A DNA stretch of 64,000 bases, taken from contig RQSC01001231.1 in assembly GCA_013416795.1 (NCBI GenBank), forward strand, positions 1-64,000, written 5' to 3'. The translations under genes were made by a program, and so were the position numbers. Below are positions 21,438-31,774 of this stretch, in pieces. The stretch comes from Prasinococcaceae sp. CCMP 1430. Lineage: Eukaryota > Plantae > Prasinodermophyta. Position 1 is the stretch's first letter; every line of letters begins with the position of its first letter. The notes beneath the pieces were generated by a model. It was not told the DNA's origin. It searched no databases and saw only the letters and a list, made by a program, of their open reading frames with translations.

Positions 21438-24296
21438 TCAGACAGGGGCGGGCGTCGCCTTGATCGCGCAGCGCAGCGCCCTCGCCTTCAGCAGCATCTC
21501 CTCGTGCTCCTCCTCGGGGTCGCTGAGCGCGACGACGGCCCCACCCGCACCGATGCGCATGCTGCCATCTTCGCCGAGCATCACCGTGCGGATGACGATG
21601 TTGAGGTCGGCCGCGCCGCACGCAGAGAAGTAGCCAAGCGCGCCGCTGTACGGCCCACGCGGGGCGCGCTCGATGTGGTCGATGATGTCCATAGTGCGCA
21701 GCTTGGGCGCGCCCGTCATGGAGCCGCCAGGAAAGGACGCGCGCGTGCACTCGACTGCGCACATGTCCGGTCGGAGCGCGCCGCGCACGGTGCTCACCAT
21801 CTGGTGCACCGAAGCGAACGATTCGATGTCGAACAGCTTGCCCTTGGGCACGTGCACCGAGCCCGGCACGCACACGCGCGCGAGATCATTGCGAAGCAGG
21901 TCGACGATCATGAGATTCTCCGCGCGGTCCTTCTCACTCGACTGCAGCGCCGCGCGCGACTCCTCGTCGTCCGCCTCGTCTGGGTGGCGCGCCGCGGTGC
22001 CCTTGATGGGCTTGGCCTCCACGGTACCGTCGCGCGCGATGCGCAGGAAGCGCTCGGGCGACGAGCAGCACAGCACCGTCGAGCCGCGGCCGCCGTGTAC
22101 GTACGCGGCGTACGGGGCCGGGTTGTACCCGCGGAGCTCACGGTAGAGCTGCAGCGGGTGCAGCTGCTGCGCGCCGCCATGCTCAGGCGTCGGCACCTCC
22201 ATGGAGGTCGTCAAGCACACCTCGTAAGTCTCGCCAGCGGCAATCTTTCGCAAACAGGCGCTGACGTCCGCCATGTACTCGTCGCGCGACCGGCGAACGT
22301 TCACGGCAGCCAGCGGCGCTTTCGAACTGTCCTTGCGGCTGATGGGCAGCGGCGCGGGGCGTGGCTCCATGGACTCAATCGCCCGGCACGTCGACTCGAC
22401 CCATCGCGCAGCAGCGTCCGCACTCGCGCACTCCCACGCGCTCGCACTCACGCCCACCTCCGCAGCGGCTCTCGCATGCGCGCTTCCCTCGCCGCACTCG
22501 TTCTCATCCGCGGCCGCACGCGCGCGGTGCATCGCCACAGCGTACACGTCGCCGTTGGTGTGGTCAACCGCCACGAAACGGTCTGCAAAGGCGAAGGATG
22601 CATCGGGACCGACGTCGTACCGCCGCGAGAGCACCGCGCCGCACTCCGCGCGCATCTCGTACCCCAGGTGGCCCACGAAGCCGCCGCTAAACTCGAACGG
22701 CAGGGCGTCTTCCGGCGCGCACGCAAGCGCGGACAGCGAAAGCCGCAGGTGCGACAGCATTCCGTCTTCGAGCCGTGTGCGCTCCTCGACGAACGTCTGT
22801 GGACCTCCTGCCGCGGCGCGCGCATCGGACAGGCGCACCGTGCGGAGCGTGCCGCCCGGGACGCGGTCGTTGGCGCCGTTGACAGAGCTCGTCGGCGCGC
22901 CGTCGCACCGCTGCTGCGCAATCGCCGGCTTTTGCTTTTGTTGTTGGTGCTGCTGTTGCTGCTGCTGCTGCTGCTCTGTCCGCGCGCCTTCATCGTCGCT
23001 GGGCTCCTCAGAAGCGTCCGGGGGATCGAGCGAGAAGTGGAGCGCGTGCCAGAGCGGACCATCCGCGCCGCCCATGAAAGAGAAGCGCGCGCGCTGACCC
23101 GCGGTGCAAGAGCTGTCCAGCCAGAACGTGTGCTCGCCCACGCCGCCGCCGCGGCCGGCGTAAAGACCCTCGTAGAGCGCCTGGCTCCCGCCGCAGCGGT
23201 CGAGCGCTCGGTGCAGCCGCCGCCACGCCAGCCGCAACGGCGCCCCCCTTCCCGCGTGCCGCTTCTCGGCCACTCTCGCCGCCGCCGCCGCCACCGTGGC
23301 GGCCTCGCCCCGAAGCGCATTCGTGCCCGACTGACCCAGCTCGACGTCCGCGGCGGCGGGCGCATGCGCCTCGTCCTCGGCACAGCACTCGCCGCTCTGG
23401 CCGCCGCCGGACGCGGGGCCGAGCGCGGGCGCGGACTCGGGGGCTGGCGCGGACGCGCTGCCACCGCCGGCGCCAGCGCCGGCGCTGCCCTTCGCATCGT
23501 CCTCCTCCTGGCGTGGGCGTTTCAGCGGCGCACCGCCCGCCGGCGAGCCGAGAGGCGAGGCCGAGGCGGTGCGCCATGCGTCGCGCGGATCAGCTCCCCT
23601 CGCGGAGGCGGTGAGACGCAGGTGTCGGCACGCGAACGCGCAGAAGTTGGCGAACATCGCCTCGCCGAACTCGGTGGCAACGCTCTCCGGGTGGAACTGC
23701 ACACCGAAGTGCGGCCTGGACGTGTGCTCCATCGCCATGATGAGCGTTTCGCTGCCACTTCCCGGCGCGGCCGTGCGCGCAGTCACGCGCAGGCACGCGG
23801 GCAGCGTGCTCTCGTCGACCACCAGCGAGTGGTAGCGCACGGCGGCGAAGCCGTCCGGCAGGCCGGCGAATATGCCCGTGCCAGCGTGGTGCACCGGGGA
23901 GATGCGCCCGTGGCACGGCTCAGGGGCGCGCACGACGCGCGCGCCGTGCGCGGCTCCGAGCGCCTGGTGGCCGAAGCACACGCCTAGGATGGGCACGTCG
24001 ACCGCGCGCCGCAGGAGCTCGACGACCACGCCAGCGTCGTCGGCGCACTCCGGCGTGCCGGGCCCCGGCCCGATCACCACCGCGTCGTACTGGCGGGGCC
24101 CCACCCCGCCGCCGTCGCCCGCCCCGCAGCCGAGCGCCGCGAGCGTGTCCGCGGCGTCGAGCGCATCGTTGCGCACGACGTGCGGCGGCGCGCCATTGAC
24201 CGCCGCGAGCGTGTGCGCGACGTTGTACGTGTAGCTGTCGTAGTTGTCGATGAGCAGCACGCGCAGCGGCCGCACGGGCGCCGCGCGCTTCGACAT
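21438..24296 (-). CDS. pabAB: Bifunctional aminodeoxychorismate synthase (PabA glutamine amidotransferase + PabB)
   Basis: GATase motifs LIDNYDSYT, IGPGPG, LGVCFGHQ, YHSL, QFHPES. Chorismate-binding motifs GETYEVCLT, SSPERFL, KPIKGT, KDRAENLMIVDLLRNDL, GGSMTGAPK. First ATG at 24296; 952 aa. Confidence 0.95.
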   Translation of the reverse strand: MSKRAAPVRPLRVLLIDNYDSYTYNVAHTLAAVNGAPPHVVRNDALDAADTLAALGCGAGDGGGVGPRQYDAVVIGPGPGTPECADDAGVVVELLRRAVDVPILGVCFGHQALGAAHGARVVRAPEPCHGRISPVHHAGTGIFAGLPDGFAAVRYHSLVVDESTLPACLRVTARTAAPGSGSETLIMAMEHTSRPHFGVQFHPESVATEFGEAMFANFCAFACRHLRLTASARGADPRDAWRTASASPLGSPAGGAPLKRPRQEEDDAKGSAGAGAGGGSASAPAPESAPALGPASGGGQSGECCAEDEAHAPAAADVELGQSGTNALRGEAATVAAAAARVAEKRHAGRGAPLRLAWRRLHRALDRCGGSQALYEGLYAGRGGGVGEHTFWLDSSCTAGQRARFSFMGGADGPLWHALHFSLDPPDASEEPSDDEGARTEQQQQQQQQHQQQKQKPAIAQQRCDGAPTSSVNGANDRVPGGTLRTVRLSDARAAAGGPQTFVEERTRLEDGMLSHLRLSLSALACAPEDALPFEFSGGFVGHLGYEMRAECGAVLSRRYDVGPDASFAFADRFVAVDHTNGDVYAVAMHRARAAADENECGEGSAHARAAAEVGVSASAWECASADAAARWVESTCRAIESMEPRPAPLPISRKDSSKAPLAAVNVRRSRDEYMADVSACLRKIAAGETYEVCLTTSMEVPTPEHGGAQQLHPLQLYRELRGYNPAPYAAYVHGGRGSTVLCCSSPERFLRIARDGTVEAKPIKGTAARHPDEADDEESRAALQSSEKDRAENLMIVDLLRNDLARVCVPGSVHVPKGKLFDIESFASVHQMVSTVRGALRPDMCAVECTRASFPGGSMTGAPKLRTMDIIDHIERAPRGPYSGALGYFSACGAADLNIVIRTVMLGEDGSMRIGAGGAVVALSDPEEEHEEMLLKARALRCAIKATPAPV

Positions 24297-24539
24297 CGCC
24301 GCGCGGGTACGCAGCCTCAGCCGCCACCGGCGCGCGCACTGGCGCCCGGCCGCGGATGGACCCGCCTGGATCCACCCTCGCGCCGGCGGCGCGCACCTCG
24401 CCAGCCCCGCATCCCACCCCTTCTCCCTCCCCCTCCCTCCAGCTCTCCCCTTCCCTCCCCTCCCCCAGGGTCGCTCCCGGCGGCGGCCCCGGCCTCTCGC
24501 ACGCGCGCGGCGGCTGCGCGCTCGCTCGCGCGGGCCGGG

Positions 24540-24780
24540 CCGGCCATCAAAACGCACCCCCAGACGCACATATATCAAACCCTATAAAGCGATTGTACCC
24601 TATCCACAAAACCTCAACGGCACACCACCTCCCATCGTGTGTCGCCACGTAGGTTCGTGCGCACGGCCCAGCCATCAGACGGGCCTCCTGGGCGCCCCGC
24701 GAGACGCGCCTGACGTAACACACAACAAAACCAACATCAACCCTAAAATAAAAAACCTTAAAACGAAACCTAAACAGGCG
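24540..24780. promoter_or_regulatory. AT-rich putative bidirectional promoter with telo-box-like motifs
   Basis: AT-rich island between divergent ORFs; AAACCCTA near 24577, AACCCTAA near 24739, further AAACCT variants. Confidence 0.4.
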
Positions 24781-25056
24781 CTCCGTTCGGCGCGGGAGGT
24801 CGCCACACCCCTGCGCGTCGAATCGACGCTGTGGTTCCGGTCTGATGATGGGGGAGCCCGCCTCATCCCGGGGGTACCGATCGGTCCCCCGAGTCAGAAC
24901 CGGAGGTGTCGCCGTCTGTTCGGGTTGCGTTGGCCTGGTGCGCCGATGGGGATGGGAGGTGCGTTGGCGTCGGTTGTCGGCCGGGGCCGCTGAGTCAGCG
25001 CGGCGGCGAGCGCTGCTGCGCGCAGCGACGCCGTAACCGCCGCGGGCGCGGGCGCA

Positions 25057-25734
25057 ATGGTCTCTGCCGGTGCAGCGGTGCTGTGCAGGTCGTGCAGGTC
25101 GACGAGCGCGCGCCGCGGCGGGTGCCAGGTGCGCGCGATGAGCGCGGCGATGTCGCCCGCGGGGCGCCCCACGAGCATGCACCTGTGCCTGCCCTTCTCG
25201 AGGGTGTGCGTCGACGTGCCGCGCCCGGGCGGGCGCGCCGCTCGCCGGGCGGGCGTCGTCACCGCGGGCGTTGCGGCGGTGTGCGGCGTGGTCGCGCTTG
25301 GCAGTGGCCACAAGTCGCCGCACACCTACGGCTACGCGCCAGCCTTCGCCGAATTCGAGCGCGAGCGCCGCGAACGGAGCAAGCGCCAGAAGTTCGAGCG
25401 CGAGCGGCGCGAGCGGAGCCGGCGAAAGGCGGCCGAGGCTGAGCTCATGAGCGCCATCGAGCATCAGCTCGACGGCATCGTTCCGGGTCAGGGCAAACGC
25501 CAGCGTGCCGAGCTGCGCGGCATCGACCACTCCCTCGACCTGGTTCCGCTCTTCGTGCCGTCGATGGGCGTGTACGTGCCGGCGACGCTGCCCGCGTGGG
25601 CGGCGTCCTTCCACCACGCGAACTTCGACGATCTCGGCCACCTGCCGATGTTCGGAGTCGAGGTCGCCGACGACGCGCACCATCACCACACGCAGACGGC
25701 CTATCAGCACAGCGGACGCGCGGCGAAAAAGTAG
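25057..25734 (+). CDS. Hypothetical protein with one hydrophobic segment and a charged coiled-coil-like repeat
   Basis: 225-aa ORF with high GC3; TM-like AGVVTAGVAAVCGVVALG followed by FERERRERS twice. Confidence 0.5.
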   Translation: MVSAGAAVLCRSCRSTSARRGGCQVRAMSAAMSPAGRPTSMHLCLPFSRVCVDVPRPGGRAARRAGVVTAGVAAVCGVVALGSGHKSPHTYGYAPAFAEFERERRERSKRQKFERERRERSRRKAAEAELMSAIEHQLDGIVPGQGKRQRAELRGIDHSLDLVPLFVPSMGVYVPATLPAWAASFHHANFDDLGHLPMFGVEVADDAHHHHTQTAYQHSGRAAKK

Positions 25735-26227
25735 GTGGGATGCCGGGGCCCACCGGAGGGGAACGAGGGAGGGAGGGATGATGGAGAGCTTTCGAGCAAA
25801 GCGACACAGGCGCGCCTGCCCCCAGCGCGAGCGGCGGCCGCCAGATGCGCAGGACTCTTCTTCAGGGAGGCCGCGGCAGTGACTGAGCAAGCGGCCGGAA
25901 GCCAAGCCCAAGGGGCGAGCGGCAGCGCAGCCGTCGCGCGACTCGCCCGTCGGTCCACGACAGCGCGGATGCAGCCATTCAGTGGTAGTTACAAGCACAG
26001 GCTCTCTCTCGAGCTCAAGAGCTAGCCATTTATGTGTAAATGGGAAGAACGGCGAGAGGATGTATCGCGTGCTGCCTTCCAACATTTCAAAGGTGACGGA
26101 TAGAGCGCCTCCTTCCACCCCCTCCCCCCCCCCCCTCCCTCCTCCTCCCCCGTCCCTTCCCGTCCCCTCCTGCCCCTTCCGGCGTCGTCGACACCCACCA
26201 AGCCCACCGCCCTCGCTCGGCTCGCGT

Positions 26228-28090
26228 CTAGTTGCCTTCGGCCTTGCCGATCCTGGTCCCGCTCCAGAAGCTCGCGTACATGTTGATCCTATCGATGTAC
26301 GGCGTGCCCTGGGCGTGCGCTGCCTCCTGCTTGCACTCGAAGCCCGCGGCCTCGATCTGTTTCCTATACGGCGGGTCCCTCGTCGCACTGCGCCAGATGA
26401 TCTTGCCCCCCGGCGCGATCTGCCTGGCCAGCGCCGCGCTCAGCTGGTCGCCATACGCTTCGCCCAGCCAGTCCATGTGGTCCATGATGACAGCGCGCGT
26501 GTACTCGCACTTCTCCAGCTCAGACTGGTACGTGCCAGTCTTGATGTGCAGCCTCGTCACCGCGTTTGTGCGCTTCAGCTCGTCGAAGTTCTCCTTCTTT
26601 AGCCAGAAGGGGCAGCACGACTTGGTGAACTTGCCCGTCAAACACACGCGGTAGAAGTAGTTGCTGTCCCTGAGGTGGTTCGTCGTCGCCACGCCGTCGA
26701 GCAGGTTGAGCACGTACTCGCAGATGGGCACCTCGTCAGTGATCAGCTTGAGCTGTGCCGGGGGCACGCCCGCCCCGAACCACATCATCGGCTTCGACAG
26801 GAAGATCGACGTGACCACCCACTGCAGGAAGCCCCACAGGATGCGTGGCATGTGCTTCCAGGCGTACACGAGCCAAAACGAGTTCCACGCCTTTACCTGG
26901 TCCTCGAGCGTGGGCGCCTCCAAGAAGGCAGCGATGTTCCTCTGCATTCCCAAGAGCATGGCCGTGTACTTCATGCACATGATCATCATGCCCATGCCAC
27001 CGAAGTAGTACAGGCCGTGCTTGAAGTAAAACATGCGCTCCGACCAGAACTCAACGGCGTCCTGCGAGAGGTAGGGGAAGATCTCGCGCTGGAAGAGCGC
27101 CTCCGCGTCCTCGTGGACGCCCTCGCCGAACAGCTTCCACACGTCCTCGTACGGCAGGCGCGCCACACACACCGCCTTCAGCTCCAGCAGGTGCGTCTGC
27201 GCGGGGTTGAGGTCCACGGCGGTCACCTGCGCCGCCCCCTGGTGCAGGTACTCGAAGCAGTTGCAGCCGCCGGCGCACAGCGTGATCAGCCGATCGCCGG
27301 GCTGCACGTCGAGCACCGGGCGGTCGGGCTCGGGATCCTCCCAGCTCACGCTGTACAGGAACGACGAGGGGAACAGGCTGAACATGGGCGGCTTCGCCGC
27401 CTTCTCGCCGGGCGAGCGCACTATCGGGCCCGGCGCCGCCAGCACGCGCAGCTGCTCGGGGTCGGTCGAGTTGGAGCCGATCCAGACGTAGAAGGGTACG
27501 CGCACCAGCGGCACGTACGGGATGCGGCCGAGGCCGTTGTACTCGTGCACCGTGGTGAGGCGGTGCTCCAGGTACGCGCGGCGCTCGGGGCCGATGTCCA
27601 CGCCGTCAAGGTCGAAGATCGAGCGCCAGAAGAAGCGCGCGATCGACGACGTCTGGCGCAGCGACGTGTCGTACTTTGAGCTCACGAAGTAGTCGGCGCC
27701 GCCGATCAGGCCGCCGGGCGCGAGGTACGAGATGGTGCCGTCGATGACCGAGTGGAACTCGGGCATCATCGACAGCGAGTACGCGAAAGTGATCAGGTCG
27801 GCCGTGCCCCCCGGCGGGCGGAAGGTGGACGCATCCTCGCGCACGACGTGCACGTTGGTCCAGCCGTTCTCCGCGATCTTGGCCTCGGCGGCCTGCGCGA
27901 GCGGCTCGCACAGGTCGACCACGTAGATCGCCTTGAAGCGTCCCAGGTCCATGTACTGGGCCATCTGCGCGATCGCCTCGGCGGTGCCGCTGCCCAGATC
28001 GCACCACACCAGGTCCGTCTGGTTCGCCAGGCGCTGCGCCAGCGCCGCCATCAGGCGATCTCGGCCGTGGAAGCGCGGCAGGTGGTCGTC
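26228..28090 (-). CDS. BTA1: Betaine lipid (DGTS) synthase BTA1: BtaB-like methyltransferase fused to BtaA-like domain; 5' end missing or damaged
   Basis: Motifs LVWCDLGSGT, IYVVDLC, LITFAYSL, FFWRSIFDLDGVDIGPERR, FLYSVSWEDPEPD, VDLNPAQ..LLELK, NYFY..CLTGKF, IMDHMDWL, IIWRSA and DRINMYASF match the Chlamydomonas BTA1 layout as recalled. Confidence 0.93.
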   Translation of the reverse strand, partial: DDHLPRFHGRDRLMAALAQRLANQTDLVWCDLGSGTAEAIAQMAQYMDLGRFKAIYVVDLCEPLAQAAEAKIAENGWTNVHVVREDASTFRPPGGTADLITFAYSLSMMPEFHSVIDGTISYLAPGGLIGGADYFVSSKYDTSLRQTSSIARFFWRSIFDLDGVDIGPERRAYLEHRLTTVHEYNGLGRIPYVPLVRVPFYVWIGSNSTDPEQLRVLAAPGPIVRSPGEKAAKPPMFSLFPSSFLYSVSWEDPEPDRPVLDVQPGDRLITLCAGGCNCFEYLHQGAAQVTAVDLNPAQTHLLELKAVCVARLPYEDVWKLFGEGVHEDAEALFQREIFPYLSQDAVEFWSERMFYFKHGLYYFGGMGMMIMCMKYTAMLLGMQRNIAAFLEAPTLEDQVKAWNSFWLVYAWKHMPRILWGFLQWVVTSIFLSKPMMWFGAGVPPAQLKLITDEVPICEYVLNLLDGVATTNHLRDSNYFYRVCLTGKFTKSCCPFWLKKENFDELKRTNAVTRLHIKTGTYQSELEKCEYTRAVIMDHMDWLGEAYGDQLSAALARQIAPGGKIIWRSATRDPPYRKQIEAAGFECKQEAAHAQGTPYIDRINMYASFWSGTRIGKAEGN

Positions 28091-28119
28091 TGCGGGGGCG
28101 AGCGGCGAGGCGGGCGTCC

Positions 28120-28431
28120 GACGACGGCGATGACAACCAGGCCAAGAACTCCTACGACCGCAAGATGGAGCGGCTTTTCGATGAGGTCGACGAAGTTATC
28201 GTATCGCTGACTGACGCACGCGGGAAGCTTTTGCAGCTTGTCGTCATCGTGCAGCAGATGGTGTGCGAGGGCTTCATCCCTTGCCTGGACGAGTGTCGCA
28301 GGAAGTACAAGCGACTAGACATCTTGACTGAGGACTGGAACACAATGCAGGGAGATTCGGCCCGGGTCGACCTCGCAATCGCTGAGCTGAGACAGATTCT
28401 GGCCGAGAACGCAAACGCAAATCCAGAGTAA
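28120..28431 (+). CDS. 3' fragment of a helical or coiled-coil protein; 5' end not found
   Basis: Coding-like frame DDGDDNQAKNSYDRKMERLFDEVDEVIVSL...ANPE* begins abruptly inside the BTA1 upstream intron-like sequence. Confidence 0.45.
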   Translation, partial: DDGDDNQAKNSYDRKMERLFDEVDEVIVSLTDARGKLLQLVVIVQQMVCEGFIPCLDECRRKYKRLDILTEDWNTMQGDSARVDLAIAELRQILAENANANPE

Positions 28432-28673
28432 ATCCCCAAAACACTACGACGAAACCCGCTCGCGCAAGGCCCACCACGCTGTAGCTGCTTCGCGACGGAG
28501 GGGGGCCTGTCCCTAGCTAGCTCCCTACCTACGTGAGAGCTCGGCGCAGTCGCGTGCATCTTACGGAGCGCTCTCGAGAAGAGCGAGCGCTGTTGCGCGT
28601 CGGCGGTCGACGCCGTACAGGGTGCTGGCGTCAAGTGTGCGTTCAGACCCGCATGCATTGTCATGCGTACGCA

Positions 28674-29119
28674 TCATCCAGAGGCGGCCGGTTGAGGGAC
28701 GGGGGCGTCCGTTGGCGGCGACACGGGCGTCGCGATGCATCCTGGCAGGGTGGGATCATTCGCAGCTATTGCCACGAGTACATTCTGCGGCGAGTCCGTA
28801 GGGACGCACGAATCTTCAGGCATGTCAATGGAGGTCAACTCCAGCAAGTTGGCGAAAATCCCTGACACGAAAGCCTGCGTCCCGTTGAGCGTGGGGTTGT
28901 CGTTCAGTTCGAGGTTCTCGAGCGCCTTCGTGTCGTCGAAGAGACCGTATGGCATGCCAGCGCCCGCCGGCTCGAGCACGTTGTCGTGTAGCGTCAGGTT
29001 GACCAGCTCATTCAGGTCGTCGAACGCATTGCTGTCCAACGCGCGCATGCCGTTCGAGTGCAGCTTCAGGGTCTTCAGCGCGGACATCTCTTCGAATGGT
29101 TCCGACGGGATGCTCCCGA
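28674..29119 (-). CDS. Leucine-rich repeat protein, 3' fragment truncated at N 29120
   Basis: Extracellular-type LRR units LKTLKLHSN, LVNLTLHDN, LENLELNDN. Confidence 0.75.
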
Positions 29120-29648
29120 NCCGGCACCGCGCCGGTCCGCGTCTGCGTTCGCGCGCTCGCGCGGTCGCGTGGATCGATCTCCCACTCAACCGTGGCGCGC
29201 CCGCGCCGCTCGCCCCCCACCCTCCCGGCGTGGGGCCTCGGTCCGTCCTCGGCGGTCCGGATCCGGATCGCGCGCGCGGAGACGCGCGCGCAGCGTCCGG
29301 AATTCGGCGGAAACGCCCCATCGACACGCACCCGCGTGAAACGACGGACCGGCGATTTCGATGCCGCGCGCGCGGCGGCGGGAAACGACAGAAAAAGATG
29401 CTCCTTCCGCGGCGTTTCGCCGGCAGACAGGCAGGCAGACAGGCAGGCAGGCAGGGAGCGGCGCTGCCGCGGCCTCGGCGCCGCGCTGGCCGGCTGAGTG
29501 GTATGCTGGCCAGGAGCCCCACGGTGATGGATGCGCGAGCGGAGCGCGCGCCGCGCGCGCACGCGGGTCCGTGGCGGGGGTATCGTGTATCGCGATCGCC
29601 GCGGCGGCATCATCGGCCAGCGCGCGGGAATCTTCACATGCCCTGTGG

Positions 29649-29687
29649 GGTTAGGGTTATGATTAGGGTTAAATGTTAGGGTCAGGG
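29649..29687. repeat. Cluster of degenerate TTAGGG telomere-like (telo-box) hexamers
   Basis: ggTTAGGGttatgaTTAGGGttaaatgTTAGGGtcaggg. Confidence 0.6.
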
Positions 29688-30136
29688 CGCCGGGGCACGC
29701 CGGCATGGGTCCGGCCGGGTCCGCGCGCGGGCGCTGGCCGCGGCGGCGCATGACAGGTGAGCGCACCGCAGCTCTGCGCTGCTCTTCTCTGCTCTGCTCT
29801 GCTCTGGCGGCTCGGAGCGGGCGCGCGCGCATCGACCGCAGCGGCCCAGGACGCGGCCGCTGCGCGCGCTTCGACTGAGCTATTATGGGTGGGAGCCTCC
29901 ATCAGGTGGCGTGCAACGCTGGGCTGGGCGCTGCTGCTGCCGATCGTCGCGGCCGCATCTGTGCGGGCGGGCGTGGGTGATAAGGTACACTTCGAGGGTT
30001 TACAATGGGCTCCCACCGGCCGCCGCCCGGCGTGCGCGTGCAGCGCTCAGCCGTTTGCTCCGGCTCATCATCCGCTCACGCTGTCGATGGCGCGCCGTCC
30101 GAGCCCCGCCCGAGGCCCCCGCTCTCGCGCCCGCGC

Positions 30137-30973
30137 TCACGCGTCGGCGACGCCGTCGGGGCCGAGCGGGCCGCCGATGGCGGCGCGCGCCTTGTCGGAG
30201 AGCTCGCCGGCGTCCTTGCCGGTGAGCTGCGGGTGCACGACGATGCGGATGTTGCCCGAGCGCAGCTGGCCCGCGTTGCCGTTGGGCATGAGGTCGCCCG
30301 TGCCCACGAGCGTGATGGGCACGATGGGCACCTTGGCCTTGGCGGCGAGCGAGAAGGCGCCCTTCTTGAAGCCGTGCATCTTGCCGTCCTTGGTGCGCGT
30401 CCCCTCGGGGAAGAGGAGCACGGAGGCGCCCTCGCGCAGCATGTAGCGGCAGGTGAGCAGCATCTCCTTCATGGAGCGCGCGTCGGTGCGCTTGAGCGGC
30501 ACGTGGCCCGTGAGGAACATCGACCAGCCCACGATGGGGATCATGAAGACGGACGTCTTGGACACGAACTTGAAGCCCCGCCACAGCGAGAACAGGGTGA
30601 AGATGTCCAGGTTGGAGGCGTGGTTGGCCACGTACACGGCGGGCGTCGCGTCGTCCGGCAGGTTCTCCTCGCCCTCGATGGTCACCCGGTAGAACGGCCA
30701 CGTGCTCAGGTTGGCCCACACGATGTTCACCCAGTGCAGCGCCTTGCGCCGAATGCCGTCGAAGCGGGCCACGAACGGGTACATCGCGAGCATGAGCATG
30801 AAGAGCGGGACCGACAGCGCCAGCGTCCACACGTAGAAGCAGACGGCGCGGCACACCGCCACCGCCGTGGCGAAGGCCCCCCCGCTCGCGGCCTCGGGCT
30901 CCGGCGCCGCCGTCGCCACTCCGGCCGCCCCCGCCACGCACGCCAAGCGCCGCTGCGTGGGCGGCGCCGCCCC
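30137..30973 (-). CDS. plsC: 1-acyl-sn-glycerol-3-phosphate acyltransferase (LPAAT, plastid LPAT1/PlsC type); 5' end truncated at N 30974
   Basis: Acyltransferase blocks VYVANHASNLD, FKFVSK..VF.IP..GW, LFPEGTR and KKGAF..A, plus an N-terminal TM segment. Confidence 0.92.
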   Translation of the reverse strand, partial: GAAPPTQRRLACVAGAAGVATAAPEPEAASGGAFATAVAVCRAVCFYVWTLALSVPLFMLMLAMYPFVARFDGIRRKALHWVNIVWANLSTWPFYRVTIEGEENLPDDATPAVYVANHASNLDIFTLFSLWRGFKFVSKTSVFMIPIVGWSMFLTGHVPLKRTDARSMKEMLLTCRYMLREGASVLLFPEGTRTKDGKMHGFKKGAFSLAAKAKVPIVPITLVGTGDLMPNGNAGQLRSGNIRIVVHPQLTGKDAGELSDKARAAIGGPLGPDGVADA

Positions 30974-31774
30974 NGCACCGTGTGGCGCACGCGGCGGCGG
31001 CGGCGGCGCGAACTCGTGGCCCTCTCGCGCCGCGCCGCGCGGATTGCTCTATCCGCTTGGCAATTTCCCCATCAAATGAACGCCACAGGTCAAACCGAAG
31101 GGGCAGCACACTCAGAAGTCCTCAGCAAAACGAACCTGCGAGCCGCATGCGGCGCGGCGGGAGGAAGGGCGCACGCGGAGCGCCTTCCACCGAGGAAAAG
31201 ACCCAGGTCTGGAGGCGCGGGGTGGCGCGCCGGGCATCGGTGGAGGCAAGAACTGACCCAGGATTTCATCCGCTGTTGCCGGCCGGGGGGGGGGTGAGGG
31301 GAGGAAGAAGAAGGCGAAATACGGACGGGGCGGACGCGCACCCGACCGAGGGGCGATTCCGCAGCGCGGCCGGCCAACTTTTGTGCGGCGAGACGAAAAT
31401 GCGCACAACGCTGACAATGAATGCATATCGCACATGTCTTTTTACGTACATCGCTCCAAATTGAAGCGAAATAGCTGGCGGCAGATTGATTGAGCGTGGG
31501 ACCGCGTGACGGCCATCAGACCACAGCACCGCGCGGAACGGTTCAGGTTTCAGTTTGGGTTTTTATGCATGGTTCTAATTCGTATGCATTTTCACCAGAC
31601 GCTCCGGCGGGGTCCGTCGCGCGCCGCGCAGCACTGTGCTTTACTACGCTCGATCAAAGCTCACGTGAAAAAAGTGATTTCACTCGGAATTGTTTGGGAG
31701 AAATTGCGGTCGAAAATGCGTCGCCGCGCATCCGAATTGATGTGAGATCCAGCCACCGAAAAAACCCCCGCCAG

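Noticed and set aside
21504-23987. Long antisense ORFs (e.g. 827 aa opposite pabAB; also opposite BTA1, ABCB, PP2C and 32500..34029)
   Set aside because: Shadow ORFs expected from high GC3 codon bias; Arg/Ala-rich with no motifs.
24894-25325. Minus-strand ORF HTLEKGRHRCMLVGRP... as a separate gene or inversion
   Set aside because: It shares third-codon positions with the plus-strand ORF 25057..25734, which has a start, a stop and a coherent structure.
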